A DNA stretch of 64,000 bases, from NCBI GenBank assembly GCA_010015805.1, contig ML978121.1:1674001-1738000 (forward strand), in the 5' to 3' direction. The translations under genes and the position numbers were made by a program. Source of the DNA: Rhizodiscina lignyota (Eukaryota). The notes under the pieces were generated by a model, which was not told the DNA's origin, did no database searches, and worked only from the letters and a program-made list of their open reading frames with translations. This document shows, piece after piece, positions 62,884-64,000 of the stretch. Position 1 is the stretch's first letter. Every line of letters begins with the position of its first letter.

Positions 62884-64000
62884 ATGCTTCTCTCCAGACA
62901 AGCTCCAGCCTTTGTGCTCGCGCTGGGATTGAGCGTGAGTGTTACGGCAAAGAATCTCACGGACGAGATCAATGCGCAATGGCGCAAGCCTGCCAAGTTT
63001 TGGGACACTGACTTGGATGCTACGATCAATGCCAAAGGCACATATAACTTCATCTTCAACTCGTCTACTCTGCCTAAGGGCATCAAGTACGGGTCCTACG
63101 ACTACTGCAATATGCCTCATGTGAGGAAGCCAGAGTACAGGATCCCATCAAAGGAGTATAAACTGGAATACGTTGAGATCATCCACCGACACCACAAGAG
63201 AACCCCTTATGCTTCGAACTTGGTGAGCTGGAGGTCCGTACTTTACCAATCACGGATATCTAACCTCTCGACAGTGGCCTGAGGAGAAGCCTCCATATGA
63301 CTGCAGCAATACCGAGCTTTTCACGTACGGAGAAGGCAAAGGCGTCCCTTCCGTTCCACTGTATTGGACACCTCTCTGGACCAGTGAGAATCCGTTCACC
63401 ACCGTCGGCGAAGGATCGAATTGCCAGTTTCCTCAGCTCACCCAGGGCGGCTTCCAGGACTCGTGGCAGCATGGCAATGATCTTTTTGGCGTCTATCATG
63501 ACTTGCTGCACTTCTTGCCCAACCAGCCAAATGGAAAACAGATGAAGTTCAGAGTTACAAACAACGTCATTACCTCCCAAGTCGCCAGTGCTCTTATTGC
63601 TGGAATGTATCCTGCTCTGGCAAGGAAGGATATCCCATTGAGCGTCTTTATCGAGAACTCGGCCATTGACAGCCTGGAGCCAACATACTCTTGTAACGCA
63701 GCGAATACTCTTTCTTCTGCCTACGGCGTTGGAAGCACTGACCCTGCATGGACACCACATCTTAATGCCAGCCAGGATCTCCGTGAGGCTCTCAACAAGA
63801 TCAGCGGCGTCGATCCAACGGACTCGGGCTGGTCTCAGAGCTGGGACCACTACTTCGACAACCTGTCTTCAAGGCAGTGCCACGGGATCCCGCTGCCGTG
63901 CAACGGGACTTGCGTCACCCAGGACCAAGTGAATGAGGTCTATCGCCTCGGCATGTACGAGTACGCGTACTTGTACCGCGTTGCGCCTGAGTCTCTCCTC
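62884..64000 (+). CDS. Secreted histidine acid phosphatase (partial, runs off window)
   Basis: Signal peptide, YDYCNMPHVR, HRHHKRTPY (RHxxRxP), CQFPQLT; intron ~63223-63274; alternative start 62800. Confidence 0.92.

Noticed and set aside
1..64000. tRNA, rRNA, CRISPR array or Starship captain gene
   Set aside because: No cloverleaf/T-loop motif, rRNA similarity, repeat-spacer array or tyrosine-recombinase ORF recognised by eye; tRNAscan-SE/Infernal would be needed to exclude small RNAs

Overview
Gene-dense, intron-containing fungal DNA (filamentous ascomycete, inferred from gene content, GT-AG/CTRAC introns and RIP), with about 27 protein-coding genes. The left end (1.3-12.1 kb, possibly to 19.3 kb) is a compact, apparently catabolic cluster: Zn-alcohol dehydrogenase, beta-hydroxyacid dehydrogenase, metallo-beta-lactamase-fold lactonase, carboxymuconolactone-decarboxylase/AhpD protein, NmrA-like reductase and an ACS-family MFS transporter. 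After DML1 come a divergent UNC-93-like MFS / Baeyer-Villiger monooxygenase pair. A 2152-bp RIP-mutated pogo/Fot1-type transposon with near-perfect 45-bp TIRs and TA duplication sits just upstream of a PhoD phosphatase. The rest is mostly conserved or orphan genes: LRR protein, sugar porter, SSH4, a 2.2k-aa low-complexity protein, ZNF511-like, EST1/SMG7-like, kelch-type membrane protein, adenosine kinase, EBP, Clr5-domain protein, bZIP and a partial histidine acid phosphatase. Notable non-coding structure includes a MITE-like foldback inside an MFS intron, hairpin-bearing introns flanking the PhoD metal-ligand exon, four helically phased MCB boxes, CACGTG boxes carried by the transposon TIRs, and a duplicated splice donor. 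Exon boundaries were read by eye and no database searches were run.
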